From an uncultured Spirochaetota bacterium (GTDB taxonomy: Bacteria > Spirochaetota > UBA4802 > UBA5550), in the NCBI GenBank assembly GCA_963827275.1, contig CAWHAA010000005.1:256001-320000 (forward strand): a stretch of 64,000 bases of DNA, written 5' to 3'. Below the pieces are notes generated by a model. It was not told where the DNA came from. It was given only the letters and a program-made list of their open reading frames with translations, and did not search any database. The position numbers and the translations under genes were made by a program. This document shows, piece by piece, positions 11,049 through 22,340 of this stretch (positions are counted from its first letter, which is position 1; each line of letters opens with the position of its first letter).

Positions 11049-11624
11049 ATGACCGAACACAAACCGACACGGGAAGAGGCGCTGGCGCTTCTCAAAGAGT
11101 ATACCGGGACCGAAAACCTGCTGAAGCACGCGCTGGCGGTGGAAGCCGTCATGCGGCACTTCGCCCGCAGGCAGGGGGATGACGAGGAGGCGTGGGGAGT
11201 CGTGGGCCTCGTGCACGACCTCGACTATGACCGCTACCCCGCCGAGCACTGCGCCATGAGCCAGAAGATACTGCGCGAAAAGGGCTGGCCCGAAGAGTAC
11301 GTACGGGCGGTCGCAAGCCACGGGTGGGGCATGTTCACGGACATCGAGCCCCGGACCCCGATGGAAAAGACGCTCTACGCGGTGGACGAGCTCACCGGCC
11401 TCATCACCGCGGCCGCGCTGGTGCGGCCCTCGCGGAGCCTCATGGACCTCGAGGCATCTTCAGTAAAGAAAAAATGGAAGGACCGGGGGTTCGCTGCGGG
11501 CGTGGACCGCTCGGTCATAGAAAAAGGCGCCGCCATGCTGGGCATCGAGCTGGCCGAGCTGATCAGGGAATCGATCCTGGGCCTGAGGGAAATCGCAGGG
11601 GAGCTCGGGCTGGCGGGGAAGTGA
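11049..11624 (+). CDS. HD-domain (HDIG) metal-dependent phosphohydrolase
   Basis: KHALAVEA, GLVHDLD, ASHG, DELTGLI. Confidence 0.85.
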   Translation: MTEHKPTREEALALLKEYTGTENLLKHALAVEAVMRHFARRQGDDEEAWGVVGLVHDLDYDRYPAEHCAMSQKILREKGWPEEYVRAVASHGWGMFTDIEPRTPMEKTLYAVDELTGLITAAALVRPSRSLMDLEASSVKKKWKDRGFAAGVDRSVIEKGAAMLGIELAELIRESILGLREIAGELGLAGK

Positions 11625-11625
11625 C

Positions 11626-13579
11626 TCAGGCCCCCGGCTTCCGCCGCGCCCATCGTACAATAAAAAACAGGGCGACCCCCGCCAGACAGGAGAGGAGCAT
11701 AACCGCGCCAAACACGCTCCAGGTGATCCATGTGCCCCCTCCCAGGAGGGCAACCGGGCCGAGGCCCGGCTCGCTCGTGATCCTTCCAAGCTTCTTTCTG
11801 TATTTCTCCGGCACGTCCGGGTACCCGTCGCCGTTGAGCGTCCTCGAAACTGCGGGCATACTCCATGAGCGCGACCCACTGCTTCACCTCCTGGGTGCCC
11901 GGCTTTTGCGGGTCCGCGTCCACCAGTGCGGATTCCAGGTCATCGATCGGCTTCCCGTTCCCGTCCTTGGGCACGATCTTCAGGATGTTCATGGTGAAGT
12001 CCCCAACGATCTTCAGGAACGACGCGTTATAATAATTCGCGGTGATGCGGTAGAGCTTTTTATTCGACCGGGAATAATCGAGCGGCCAATACCCCTCTTC
12101 CTCGCTGCCTATCTCGATACCGGTCACGCGGTCGAACATCACGCGGTTCGGGTTGTACGTAAACCTGAGGCCCGATATCTGCAGAAAATAATCCTCGCCC
12201 TTCAGCGGATATATGCTGGTCGGCACCTCAAGCGCCTTCTTGATTTCGGAGGCGTAGAGGTACACCGCGACCATCGGATAGCCCATCGCGCCGTCAGGGC
12301 CGAAGCCGAGCGGCAGCGACGAGAACAGGTCCGCGGCGGAAATTTTGCCGGTCTTCCCCTTCGCCACCCCCTCACGTATGATGCCGTTTGAATCGAACGC
12401 CGCCACGACGCGCGTGCCGGGTTTGCGCGGATCGCAGGCAAACCTGTTGACGTACCACCTGCCCGCGTCGGTGATCAGGTTGCCGACCGGGGTTTCTTCC
12501 GCGGCAAAGCCGAGGTCGAAGCCGGTGCGCGCGACGATCGAATCAAACCCGAGGTTGAGGCGCGACAGGGCCAGCCTGCCGACCTCCTCCTTGAACCCGC
12601 CGATCATCGCCGTCATGCCCGCGTCCCCCCTGATACTGTCGTCAATTTCGATGACGCGGTAACCGTCAAGGCGGGCGCCGCCGGCGCCGACGGTCACGTC
12701 CAGGATGCCCGCCTGTAGGCCGTAGCACCAGGCCTGCACGATGATGGTCTTCCCCTGGACTATCGGCGTTGCAAGCGCGGTATGCGAGTGGCCGCTGATG
12801 ATGATGTCGATATCGGGCGCTTCGCGGGCAAGCCGCACGTCTTCAGATTCCGGCAGGTCGCCGGGGTCAAGTCCGCCATGGGAAAGGCAGACGACGAGAT
12901 CCGCCTTTTCCTGCGTCCTGAGGCGCGCCGTCATCGCCCGCGCCGTTGCGGCGGGGTCACCGAAGGTCACCGGCGCGGCGAAGGGGGATACCTCGGCCGC
13001 GTTCCTGCCGATGAGGCCGAAGAAGCCGATCCTGACGCCGTCCCGCACCTCGATGCGGTAGGGGCGCACCAGCCCGGACGCGAACGCCGCTTCCAGCGTG
13101 TCGTCCCGCGGGTCCTCTTTGCTGAATATCACATTGGAGGAGACAATGGGCGGCAGGCCGTCACGGCCGCGCGCCGCGCCGAGTATGCGCGCGAGCCCGT
13201 CCGGCCTGAGGTCGAACTCATGGTTGCCCAGGGTCACCATGTCATAGCCCATCCGCTTCATGAGGCGCAGCTCGTACGCGCGCTCCCTGCAGGCCATGTG
13301 AAAGAGCGTCCCCATCATGAAATCACCCGCATCGACGACCAGGACCGGGTTGTTCCGCTCGGCCCTGGTGTTCCCGATCACGGTCATGATCCGCGCCCAG
13401 CCGCCCTTCGTCGCGTCATCCCCGGTCACGTCCGGCGTGTAATCGAGCGTGGGCGGGAACCCGAGGAGATGTGAATGCATGTCATTTGTATGAAGAAACG
13501 TGATTTTCCGGTCTGCGGAGAATGTTTCAATCGGAACGGCAACCATCAGGGAAAAAACCAGGCAGGAAAACAGTTTCAT
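11626..13579 (-). CDS. 5'-nucleotidase/metallophosphoesterase with C-terminal membrane anchor (frameshift near 11840)
   Basis: HTNDMHS, DAGD, GNHEFD, LSHGG, GHSH; 5'-NT C-domain; TM tail in the 11626 frame. Confidence 0.85.
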
Positions 13580-13771
13580 ACGACCCTCCTCGTGCCGCGG
13601 CCGTGATCTGCGCCCGGGACATTCCATGAATCTACGGGTACATGGAAATATTTCAAGTATTAATTATTCCGCCGCTGACGGCCGCGGCCTTCACGTGCTG
13701 CCGGGATATATCTTCTTGACAGGAGGAATGGAACCATGAGATGCTCATGATTATTTATCGCGATACAGACC

Positions 13772-14580
13772 GTGAGAAAAAAAAGCAAACTCCCCATACT
13801 GGTAATCATCCCTCACGGCGGCTGCAAGGTGCCGGAGGAGCTCGCCGGCTACGAAGCGGTGAGCAAGTTCGACCTGTTCCTCCAGTCCGATCACCTGCGC
13901 CAACGAGCTGTTCTCCTTCGGTGACCGCGTCGCGCGGCACCATTGACGCCACCATCTCCCGGCTCTTCACCGACCTGGACCGCCCCCTGACCGCGCTGCC
14001 GCCGCTCCAGGACGGTGTCATAAAAAAATCGACCCTCCTCGGGAAGCCGGTCTTCCGGGAGGACCTTTTCCCGGATGAGATTGCGATTGCGAATGTCCTC
14101 CGCCGCTACTGGTCCCCGTTCCACGAAGCGGTCCGGAAGATCATCGACACCGGCGGGATACGCCTGATACTTGAATGCCACACGATCATGCCGGTAGGAC
14201 CGAAATTCTCGCGCGATCCCGGGAGGCCGCGGCCCATGGCGCGGCTGGAACACGTCATCCCGTCCGACAGCGGCGCCAGGAGCACCTGCGACCCCGCACT
14301 CGCGCAGGGACTCATGGAGAGCCTGAAAAAATCGCTGGACGGGGAGGAGGATACCATTACCGAGAAACTGACCGTCAGCCGGGAGCCATCGCCGGGCTTC
14401 ATCCTTGCGCGTTACGGCGCAGGGAGCGTCCCCATGATCAGGCTCTCGCTCTCGCGCTCACTGTACCTGAACGACAGGTACTTCAATATTGATTTCCTGA
14501 GAGTGGATGAGCTGCGGATCAGGCACCTGCGGGACCTTCTGTGGGACGCGGTGGAAAGATTTTTTACCAGGAACATGTAA
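13772..14580 (+). CDS. N-formylglutamate amidohydrolase family protein (frameshifted near 5' end)
   Basis: IIPHGG..VP in an alternate frame, SRL..DLDR, YW.PFH, LECHT, LSRSLYLN. Confidence 0.7.
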
Positions 14581-14740
14581 CCCGGGACGCCCCCGCCATT
14601 CGTGCAGCCGGCAGAGAGCCCGGCGCCGGGGAAGTGGCGCATGCGCCGCGCCCCTTAAATGAAAAAAGCCCCCCGTTCGGAGGGCCCTGGCGGGGCACCG
14701 GCGAACCGGAGCCCCGTAGTAGCGGCTTGCACGGGACCGT

Positions 14741-15178
14741 CTACTTCATTACGCCGGGCTTCCCCATCTTTTTCGCCATCTCCTGTGACGCCTTCATGAC
14801 CTCGGGATCCATCATGTATTTCATCATCTTCATGGATACCGTGAGGAGCTTCTGCCCCATCTGGTCAAGCTTTTCGAATTCCTCTTTCAATTCGGACGGG
14901 GGGTTCTTCTTGTCCCAGGTTTTCAGCTCGGGGTATTTTTTCTCGATCTCCTGCCCCTTCTTCGCAAGCGCTTCCATCTTGTCGCCCAGTTCGGTGATGG
15001 CCTCGGCCACTTCCTTCGCGCTGCCGGACTTCTCGAGCGCCTTGATGTAGTCCTCGTTGACGCTGATAACGTCATTCATGTATTCCTTCAGGTCACCGTA
15101 TTTTCCCGCCGGTTTGCATCCGAAGCCGGCCAGAGCAAACACCGCGGCGATGGTCAATGTCATAATTTTATTCATCAT
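14741..15178 (-). CDS. Helical lipoprotein
   Basis: Lipobox-like FGC after a hydrophobic signal. Confidence 0.7.
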   Translation of the reverse strand: MMNKIMTLTIAAVFALAGFGCKPAGKYGDLKEYMNDVISVNEDYIKALEKSGSAKEVAEAITELGDKMEALAKKGQEIEKKYPELKTWDKKNPPSELKEEFEKLDQMGQKLLTVSMKMMKYMMDPEVMKASQEMAKKMGKPGVMK

Positions 15179-15301
15179 TTGCGAGCTCCTTTATGCGTAG
15201 TGCTATTCGTTCGATCGTTCATTTTCATGATGCGCGAAAGGCCGATACAAGCGCAGTGAGCGCCTCTTCCCTGCAGACGACATTACATGAAAAAATATAA
15301 A

Positions 15302-16234
15302 TTATGTCAAACCTAAAATATAATCATATGCTTCAAGCGACGCCATTGCCCCGTCCGCCGCCGCCATGACAATCTGGCGCCTTGATCCCAGCCGCATGTC
15401 GCCGGCGGCGAAAAGTCCCGGTACCGGCGTTCTCATCTTCATGTCGACGATCACCTCCCCGGCCTCGTTCAGCACCTCGCCGGGTAGATACCCGGTGTTC
15501 GCGTCAAACCCGACAAAGATGAACACCCCGTCAACAGCCAGGTCCGTGCGCACTCCGGTCTTCACGTTTTTCAACGACACGCTCTCGACCTTTGTTTTTC
15601 CATTAATTGACTCCACGACGGTATCCAGCACCGGCTGGATCCTGTCGTTGGAGGAGACCCTGTCCTGGAGAATTTTTGAGCCGCGGTACTGGTCCCGGCG
15701 GTGAATAAGAAAGACCTTGCGGGCAAAGCGCGTCAGAAAATGCGCTTCCTCGAGCGCGGTATTGCCGCCGCCGATCACCGCGCAGACACGCTCTTTGTAA
15801 AACGCACCGTCGCAGGTGGCGCAGGTGGAAACCCCATGACCGAGGTACTCATCTTCGCCGGGAATCTTCAGCTTCCGGTACGTGGCGCCGGTTGCGGCGA
15901 TCACGGCTTTTGACTCCATCACCGTATTATCTGTCATCGTGACCGTGAATGTCCCCGTTATTGCGTCCCTGGCGACGGAGGCGACGACACCGCTCACGAC
16001 CTCGGACCCGAGCCTGCGGGCCTGCTCCTCCATCCGCGACATCAGCTCCCATCCCGCCAGGGGTTCTGCAAAGCCGGGGTAATTCTCCACCTCGTAGGTG
16101 TTCATCACCTGGCCGCCCGGCGATAACTTTTCGACAACGACCAGGTCAAGGCCGGCCCTCATCCCGTAAATTGCGGCTGAAAGCCCCGCGGGACCGGCGC
16201 CGATAATGATAAGATCTTTCATGGTCAACTCCAT
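15302..16234 (-). CDS. trxB: Thioredoxin reductase
   Basis: GAGPAG, CATCD, GGGNTA, AAGD. Confidence 0.95.
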   Translation of the reverse strand: MELTMKDLIIIGAGPAGLSAAIYGMRAGLDLVVVEKLSPGGQVMNTYEVENYPGFAEPLAGWELMSRMEEQARRLGSEVVSGVVASVARDAITGTFTVTMTDNTVMESKAVIAATGATYRKLKIPGEDEYLGHGVSTCATCDGAFYKERVCAVIGGGNTALEEAHFLTRFARKVFLIHRRDQYRGSKILQDRVSSNDRIQPVLDTVVESINGKTKVESVSLKNVKTGVRTDLAVDGVFIFVGFDANTGYLPGEVLNEAGEVIVDMKMRTPVPGLFAAGDMRLGSRRQIVMAAADGAMASLEAYDYILGLT

Positions 16235-16396
16235 TTACATGCCGGAACATCCGGCTCTACCGATAACTATCCCCCTGCCGAGGATGAACTGATATCCTCG
16301 CTTTTCCGAGGAATTTATTGCAAGTAAAAATATACTTGAAATCTAAACATTTAGTATATTCAATGTTTTTTAAACAATAAGGATGATACCCTCTTT

Positions 16397-16627
16397 ATGG
16401 AACAGATTGAGAACAAAGACCTTGAAAGCGCCCGTAAACGTTTCATAATTTCCGTGATTCTTCTCATCCTGGCCGTACTATACAGCATATCACCAATAGA
16501 TATTATCCCCGATATTATCCCCATCGCCGGATTTCTGGATGATATCCCCCTGCTCTTATCAACAGCCGCAAACGCGGGATATTCCTACCACAAACTGAAA
16601 AAAGAAGAAAAACATCGCACACCATAA
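16397..16627 (+). CDS. DUF1232/YkvA family membrane protein
   Basis: Y.ISPIDIIPDIIPIAGFLDD signature. Confidence 0.85.
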   Translation: MEQIENKDLESARKRFIISVILLILAVLYSISPIDIIPDIIPIAGFLDDIPLLLSTAANAGYSYHKLKKEEKHRTP

Positions 16628-16919
16628 CGATTCCCGTAGCGCCGCATATCCTCATGAAAGACTAAAATGACCGGACTGAATAAAAAAGTTGACTACCATC
16701 AGTTATTTTAGTATATTAGATATTAATTAGTTACTAAATTTTATAATTTCAGGATGAAAATCAATGCATTCAATCATATGGCTTATCATCTTTATCGTCG
16801 GCTGGTTTATTCTTCAGCGGTACGTCCTTCCCCGCTTCGGTGTGCCCACCTGAATGTCCCCAGACTGTTCTCTGGACGAGAACAAGAAAAGAAAGAAAAA
16901 CGAGGAATAATATACAATT

Positions 16920-19900
16920 TTACTGCGGTGAATTATTATCTTCAAGGGGCTGGTCGTTTGTTTTCTCCTCGGGCACGGCCTCTTCCCCCGGAGGGGCATC
17001 TTCATGCTCCGGCAACTCTTTTTCTTTTTCCGGGCGCGCGCCGTTTGAATCAGGAGCAGCAGGGTCCTTCGCCGGAGCGCCATCTTCTTCACGGGGCACG
17101 GCGGCGTCGTTCTCGGGCTGGGCGCCGTTTTCGCCCCGCTCGCCGATATTCTTTTTCCGCTTCCTGTCGCGCTTTTTCCTCTCGTACTCCTCATTGCCGC
17201 TATAAAAGTCCTCATTGACCTTCAGCGTGACATCATATTTTTTTTCAATGATACGCGCGATTTTCCATATTCTTCCCGGCCGCGAGAAATGTTCTATCAG
17301 CTGCCGGGCCCGCTCGATATTATCGTTCTCGATGCAGGCATGAACCATCCTCTCGAAGGCGGGATGGTCCGAATCAAACTCGACTGCCAGCTTTAAAAAT
17401 TCCTCGTAATAGCGGACCGCGTCATCATACCGCCCGTCGTCATAGTATTTGTCCGCGATGACCAGAAATTCACCGCGTTTTTCCTCCTGTGTGCGGACCA
17501 CCTCAAGGCGGCGCGGCCTGCCGTCCCTGCCTTTCAGGAGATAGTGCCCGTTGGAAAAAGCGACCTCCCCGCATGAGCGCGCGAGCTTCGCCAGATACGC
17601 GTCATACTCGTCGCCGCCGAGTATCGCGGAGCCCTTGAAGGTGGCGGCAAGAATATCCCGGAGCAGCGGCACCGCGATCCTGTCCGCGGCCCTCCCGATG
17701 GAATAGTTGCGCCTGTTCCCGAGCCGCACGCCCGCAATGTAGGCGCAGTCGCCCGCGATGAAGTGGACCGTGGCCAGCGCGTCGCGCAGGTCATTCGAGG
17801 TCCCCGTCTTCCCGGCGCCGATGCCGTCCATGCCCGCCATGGTCCCCCGCCTGACCGTCTCCCGCAGCGCCATGTCAATCAGGATGACGGCGGCCCTGAC
17901 CCGCTCGGCGCCGAACCTGTCGAGGACGGAGCACCGCATCGGCCGGTAGGCCGGGCGAATGACGGCGCCGTCCGGACCGCGCACGGCGTCGATGTGCGTG
18001 TGCTTCTGAATGATCCCGAGGTTCGTGAAGAGGGAATAGGCGAGCAGGTAGCGGTCATAGCGCTGGTCGCCCGCCGATCCTCCGAGGATGATGGAGCGGA
18101 ACGGCCTGTGCTGCGCCTCCGGGTCGGTGATATCCATGGTCTCGTTCAGAAGGCGCGCGAACACGGCAGGGGTCACCAGTTCCTGGATCTGGACGTGGAT
18201 GCCGTTGACTGAATGCACCAGCGCATCCTCGACGCTCATCCATTCATTGGTATACTCCCGGAAATTCCTGGGCGACCAGTCCCAGTATTTTTCAATCTCC
18301 TCGATCTCTTTCCAGCGCTTCGGATTTTTATGGATGAAATTCTGGTAAATACGCTGCTGCTCCAGGGTATACGTATTGTAGGTAACCCTGCTGTTCTTGA
18401 ACATATCCTGAAGATTATAGCCGGAAAGGATGAAGTAGAGGTCAAGAAACGGCTTCAGGCTTGAACCGAGCGACCGGTTCGCCAGGGAGACCCAGTCCCA
18501 TTCGTCGTCCTCGCGAGACGGCCCTCCCACGTCGGCGATGATGCGGTTCAGTACCCGCGGAACGCCCGAGCGCGCGCCGTCATGGGCCTGGATGATGCGC
18601 GCGCCGCCCTCCACGCGCACCTGCCCGGGCTGACCGTCCACAAGGCAATCAGGGTCAACCGAGACCCATCGTGATCCCCGGTCGACCATCTTCTGCAGTC
18701 TTTTCTGGAGCGGCATATCTATGGTGGCGACCACCACCATGCCCGCGTCCGACCTCCCCTGGCCGAGCTCCCGTTCCAGCTCGCGCTTGATGTTGTTGGC
18801 GAGGCGGCTGTCAAAGGATACAACGCCGGGCGCAAAACGGAAGTTGACCTTCTGACGGTGCCGTGCGTCCCGGTACTCGTCCTCCCCTATCTCCCCGTTC
18901 TCGCGGAGAAGGCGGAGGGTGCTGTTCATCCGCCGCTCTATCCATGCTTTCGCCCTGGCCTTCGACCCGAGTAGTTCCCGGTAATTGGCCCGGTCAATGC
19001 GATACTGCTCGTTATCCGCCACCCAGCCGGCGACCGCTGCCCGTGACGCGCCCTCCCGGATAAGGGCGGCCAGCTCCTCCGCCTTGAGACAGAGGGCGTA
19101 TTCCTTGATCCTCGACGGCTTTTTGATTGCCGCCACCAGCATCACCTGCTCGCGGAGGTTCAGGCCGGCAAGCCCGCGCGAGAAGTACATCTCGGCCTGC
19201 GACTTGAAGCCCCTGATATCGGAATAGAGATGGCCGCCGTAGACCTCGTTGACGTACGCCTCCAGGACATGGTCCCGGGACCAGAACCAGTCCACCGCAA
19301 GCGATGCGGGCAGCTCGTGCATCTTCTGCTCTATCTGCAGGTCGGCGAAGTCGGCATCCCCCGCCCCGGAGGTGATGTACTTGGTGTACAGCATCTCCAT
19401 GACCTGGTTGGATATCGAGCTCCCGCCGCGGCTCTCATTCCGTATCGATGCATTGAATTTCTGTTCGTATTCATCGCACAGCCGCTCAAGCCACCCCAGG
19501 CCGTACCGGCCCGCGAGGTCATGCATGCCGCCGAACATTTTCCTGAGGACTTTCTTCGTCACCTGCGGTACAATGACCAGGTTGTCGTTCCCCCGGTGCG
19601 GCACGGGAAACAGGTCGTTTCTGAAGCGCCGGTCTTCCCTGAGGATGACCGCCTCCCGCATAACCCCGGGGACCTCGCCGATTGCGGCGAACTTCATGGA
19701 GTTGGCCTTGTGATACAGCACGGTGAGGACGTCGCTCACCTCGTTCACGCCCCGGACCCATTCAAGCGGGGCGACGCTTTTCATGATCGCGGCAGTGATA
19801 TCTTCCCTGACCCTCTCCCGGGAGATCGACATGTAATCAAAGAGGTCGAGCCGGTCTCCTGACAGGCCGTCAATAGCGCCAAGCGCAGACTCCCACCACC

Positions 19901-21140
19901 GCAGGTTGATCATTCGGGCGACCAGCTCCCGGTAGCGGCGCGGGTCCGACCGCGCGAGGCTCCGCATCTTTCTCCAATCGAACGCCACGATGGTGCACCC
20001 GTTCTGGTCCTGCATCCTGAGGGAACGGTAGGCCTGGTAATTGAGCTGGACCGCGATCTGCTCCCTGCTGTCGATCCGGCAGGCGTCACCCCTCGGGGGC
20101 GGGCCATCGGAAAAATTGAAATCGGCGAAACGGGCCCGGTTATTTCTCATGTATATACGGTTGGCCCGCCGTGCGTACGGGGTATCGCGGGTATTGATCG
20201 TCTGTCCCGGGCTCGGGAACGAGTAGTAGTATTCATTTCTCAGGGTGCCGTACGCAAGCATTGCAAGGTCAAAAAGGAAGAGGGAAATGTAAAAGAACAG
20301 GAACGCCGCTACCGCCGCTTTTTTCAGCAGCGGCACCGCCCGGTGAAAGGGATTGCGCCGGTTCCGCATGCGCAACCGGCTGGAAAAAAACTCCACAACC
20401 GAAACCGTCTCGCCGGCCCCGAAGAGGGATGAATGGTCAAGAGTGAATTCTGCGCCGTTACGGATAAACTCTCCAGCGTCAAAAAGAGGGAAAAAAAACC
20501 GGATATACCCTTCCTGGATAGGCTTTTTCTCCGCGTCGGGCCCGAAAAAAGACCTGAATTTCTCCAGTTGCTCCCTGTAAAATACTTTTTCGCGATGGCC
20601 GGATGCGTCTTTCCGCGTGACAACGTTTTTATCAATCGTTATAAGCGAAGCTACCTTGAATGAACGGGTCTCCTCCCTGGCAGTAACGCCCATCAGGCGG
20701 TCCCGCAGCGTGTCATGGAAAAAGCGTGACGGCTCAAGGTATGCGTATCGCTTACGCGTAACGACAAGGCCCGGCCCGCCGTATTCCCTTACCGGCGCCG
20801 ATCCATCCTCGTCAGCGCCGGTCCGTTCAGTAAAATAACGGTCCCTCCGGGGGCCATCGGTCAGCGCGTCCTCGATAAACTCATCGATTATCAGGGCCTT
20901 CCGGCCGAACTCGTTCCTGTCCAGGACGTGCCGGAAATACAAATGGACCCGCAGAATGGCTTTGCGAACCGGTGAAAGCCTGAGCCAGTAATTATCCGTG
21001 GCCCAGACGTGGTTCCGCAACACACTGCCAGCTTTAGTTGGAAAAAAACTCATATCGCAACCGCATATTGGACATAATGACATGACCGGCGACCGGATCC
21101 CGGGCTGCGGCGCGTCATCAAACCGGCTGCCACACCGCAT
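16920..21140 (-). CDS. Very large class A penicillin-binding protein (transglycosylase + transpeptidase) with extensions; start uncertain
   Basis: GT51-like EDRRF, GGSSISNQ, LEAYVNEVY; transpeptidase SSLK (SxxK), SVN (SxN), KTG; one TM helix; TPR-like segment and acidic tail. Confidence 0.8.
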   Translation of the reverse strand: MRCGSRFDDAPQPGIRSPVMSLCPICGCDMSFFPTKAGSVLRNHVWATDNYWLRLSPVRKAILRVHLYFRHVLDRNEFGRKALIIDEFIEDALTDGPRRDRYFTERTGADEDGSAPVREYGGPGLVVTRKRYAYLEPSRFFHDTLRDRLMGVTAREETRSFKVASLITIDKNVVTRKDASGHREKVFYREQLEKFRSFFGPDAEKKPIQEGYIRFFFPLFDAGEFIRNGAEFTLDHSSLFGAGETVSVVEFFSSRLRMRNRRNPFHRAVPLLKKAAVAAFLFFYISLFLFDLAMLAYGTLRNEYYYSFPSPGQTINTRDTPYARRANRIYMRNNRARFADFNFSDGPPPRGDACRIDSREQIAVQLNYQAYRSLRMQDQNGCTIVAFDWRKMRSLARSDPRRYRELVARMINLRWWESALGAIDGLSGDRLDLFDYMSISRERVREDITAAIMKSVAPLEWVRGVNEVSDVLTVLYHKANSMKFAAIGEVPGVMREAVILREDRRFRNDLFPVPHRGNDNLVIVPQVTKKVLRKMFGGMHDLAGRYGLGWLERLCDEYEQKFNASIRNESRGGSSISNQVMEMLYTKYITSGAGDADFADLQIEQKMHELPASLAVDWFWSRDHVLEAYVNEVYGGHLYSDIRGFKSQAEMYFSRGLAGLNLREQVMLVAAIKKPSRIKEYALCLKAEELAALIREGASRAAVAGWVADNEQYRIDRANYRELLGSKARAKAWIERRMNSTLRLLRENGEIGEDEYRDARHRQKVNFRFAPGVVSFDSRLANNIKRELERELGQGRSDAGMVVVATIDMPLQKRLQKMVDRGSRWVSVDPDCLVDGQPGQVRVEGGARIIQAHDGARSGVPRVLNRIIADVGGPSREDDEWDWVSLANRSLGSSLKPFLDLYFILSGYNLQDMFKNSRVTYNTYTLEQQRIYQNFIHKNPKRWKEIEEIEKYWDWSPRNFREYTNEWMSVEDALVHSVNGIHVQIQELVTPAVFARLLNETMDITDPEAQHRPFRSIILGGSAGDQRYDRYLLAYSLFTNLGIIQKHTHIDAVRGPDGAVIRPAYRPMRCSVLDRFGAERVRAAVILIDMALRETVRRGTMAGMDGIGAGKTGTSNDLRDALATVHFIAGDCAYIAGVRLGNRRNYSIGRAADRIAVPLLRDILAATFKGSAILGGDEYDAYLAKLARSCGEVAFSNGHYLLKGRDGRPRRLEVVRTQEEKRGEFLVIADKYYDDGRYDDAVRYYEEFLKLAVEFDSDHPAFERMVHACIENDNIERARQLIEHFSRPGRIWKIARIIEKKYDVTLKVNEDFYSGNEEYERKKRDRKRKKNIGERGENGAQPENDAAVPREEDGAPAKDPAAPDSNGARPEKEKELPEHEDAPPGEEAVPEEKTNDQPLEDNNSPQ

Positions 21141-21487
21141 CCCGCAAGCGCCGCTGCCGTTTACAGCGGCAACAATTTCGCAACGGCGATCCTCATCCAG
21201 CGTGTTTCATGAAAAATTCCCGCCCTGTCAAGCAATTAAACAGCCACACACCTCAGTACGGCAACCGGGTGATGTGCAAAATTTTTTCGCCAGTGGAGAC
21301 ATATTATCATGAATTCAATGCAACAATGGAACGATCCGTAACGAAAAAAATTCAAATTAATTTATCACGGCTCGATTTTTTTAAAAAAATAAATTGACTT
21401 GAAATTAATAATGTTGCGTATATTGATTCATCAATCACAGCGTGAATGCGGATTATCTGCATATCATCATACCCTTTAGATTGTGGA

Positions 21488-21758
21488 AATGAAAAAAATT
21501 ATATTATTGCTGCTTGCGGCCCTGACAATCTGCTTATCCTGCGCCCAGAACCAGGAACAGGTCCAGGTTGACGACAAGGGCGGAAGATGCGTGAAGGGCA
21601 ATTGCAGGAACGGGATCGGGACATACGTCTTCTCCAACGGGAACCGTTACGAGGGGGAATTCAGAAGCAATACGCCTTTCGGCTATGGAACCATGTATTA
21701 TAAAAACGGAAAAAGCATTAAGGGAAAATGGAAGTGGGGAAGACCAGACCTAAGATAA
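21488..21758 (+). CDS. MORN-repeat lipoprotein
   Basis: Lipobox LSC; GTYVFSNGNRYEGEF...GYGTMYYKNG. Confidence 0.75.
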
Positions 21759-21897
21759 TAAGAGCCATGGCGGGAAATAAAAAATCATGCCCGGAGCAGG
21801 AGCTTAAAGATAAAATAAAGCAGGCCCTGTTAAAAAACAGCAGAAAAGCGGACAAAGAGGAGATTGCATTCCTTTTAAAGCGCTTTTGATACACGCC

Positions 21898-22308
21898 ATG
21901 AAGAACAGCCTCCCATCATTGTATGCGATCATCGCCTCATTCGCATTAATAACCTCATGTGCGGCAACCCAAAACAATAACGGCGGCGGGACTATACCCG
22001 ACAGGTCAGAGAGCGGCGATTACCCGGAACGTATACTCGGCAGATGGAAGATCGTCGCCGTTCACTGCGACAGTCAAGGGGGCAATTGCGAGTGGTATAA
22101 CGGGCGGCGCGTGTTCCACTTTTCGCGCAACGGCGACCTTGCCGTCAACGATGTCAGGCGGGGGACCTATCGCCTGGAAGGCCCCGTCTGCATCCTCGAT
22201 ACCGGCAACAAGCGGTACAGGGTGAACATCATCCGGCTTGATCCCAACAAGCTCATAACCGGTGAAAGCCACCGGGCTACAACTGAAATTTACAATAAGC
22301 TTAAATAA
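21898..22308 (+). CDS. Lipoprotein, lipocalin-like fold
   Basis: Lipobox TSC; ILGRWKIV; GTYRL. Confidence 0.6.
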   Translation: MKNSLPSLYAIIASFALITSCAATQNNNGGGTIPDRSESGDYPERILGRWKIVAVHCDSQGGNCEWYNGRRVFHFSRNGDLAVNDVRRGTYRLEGPVCILDTGNKRYRVNIIRLDPNKLITGESHRATTEIYNKLK

Positions 22309-22340
22309 CCCGCCCCTTCATACGAGCCCGGGGCAATCCG

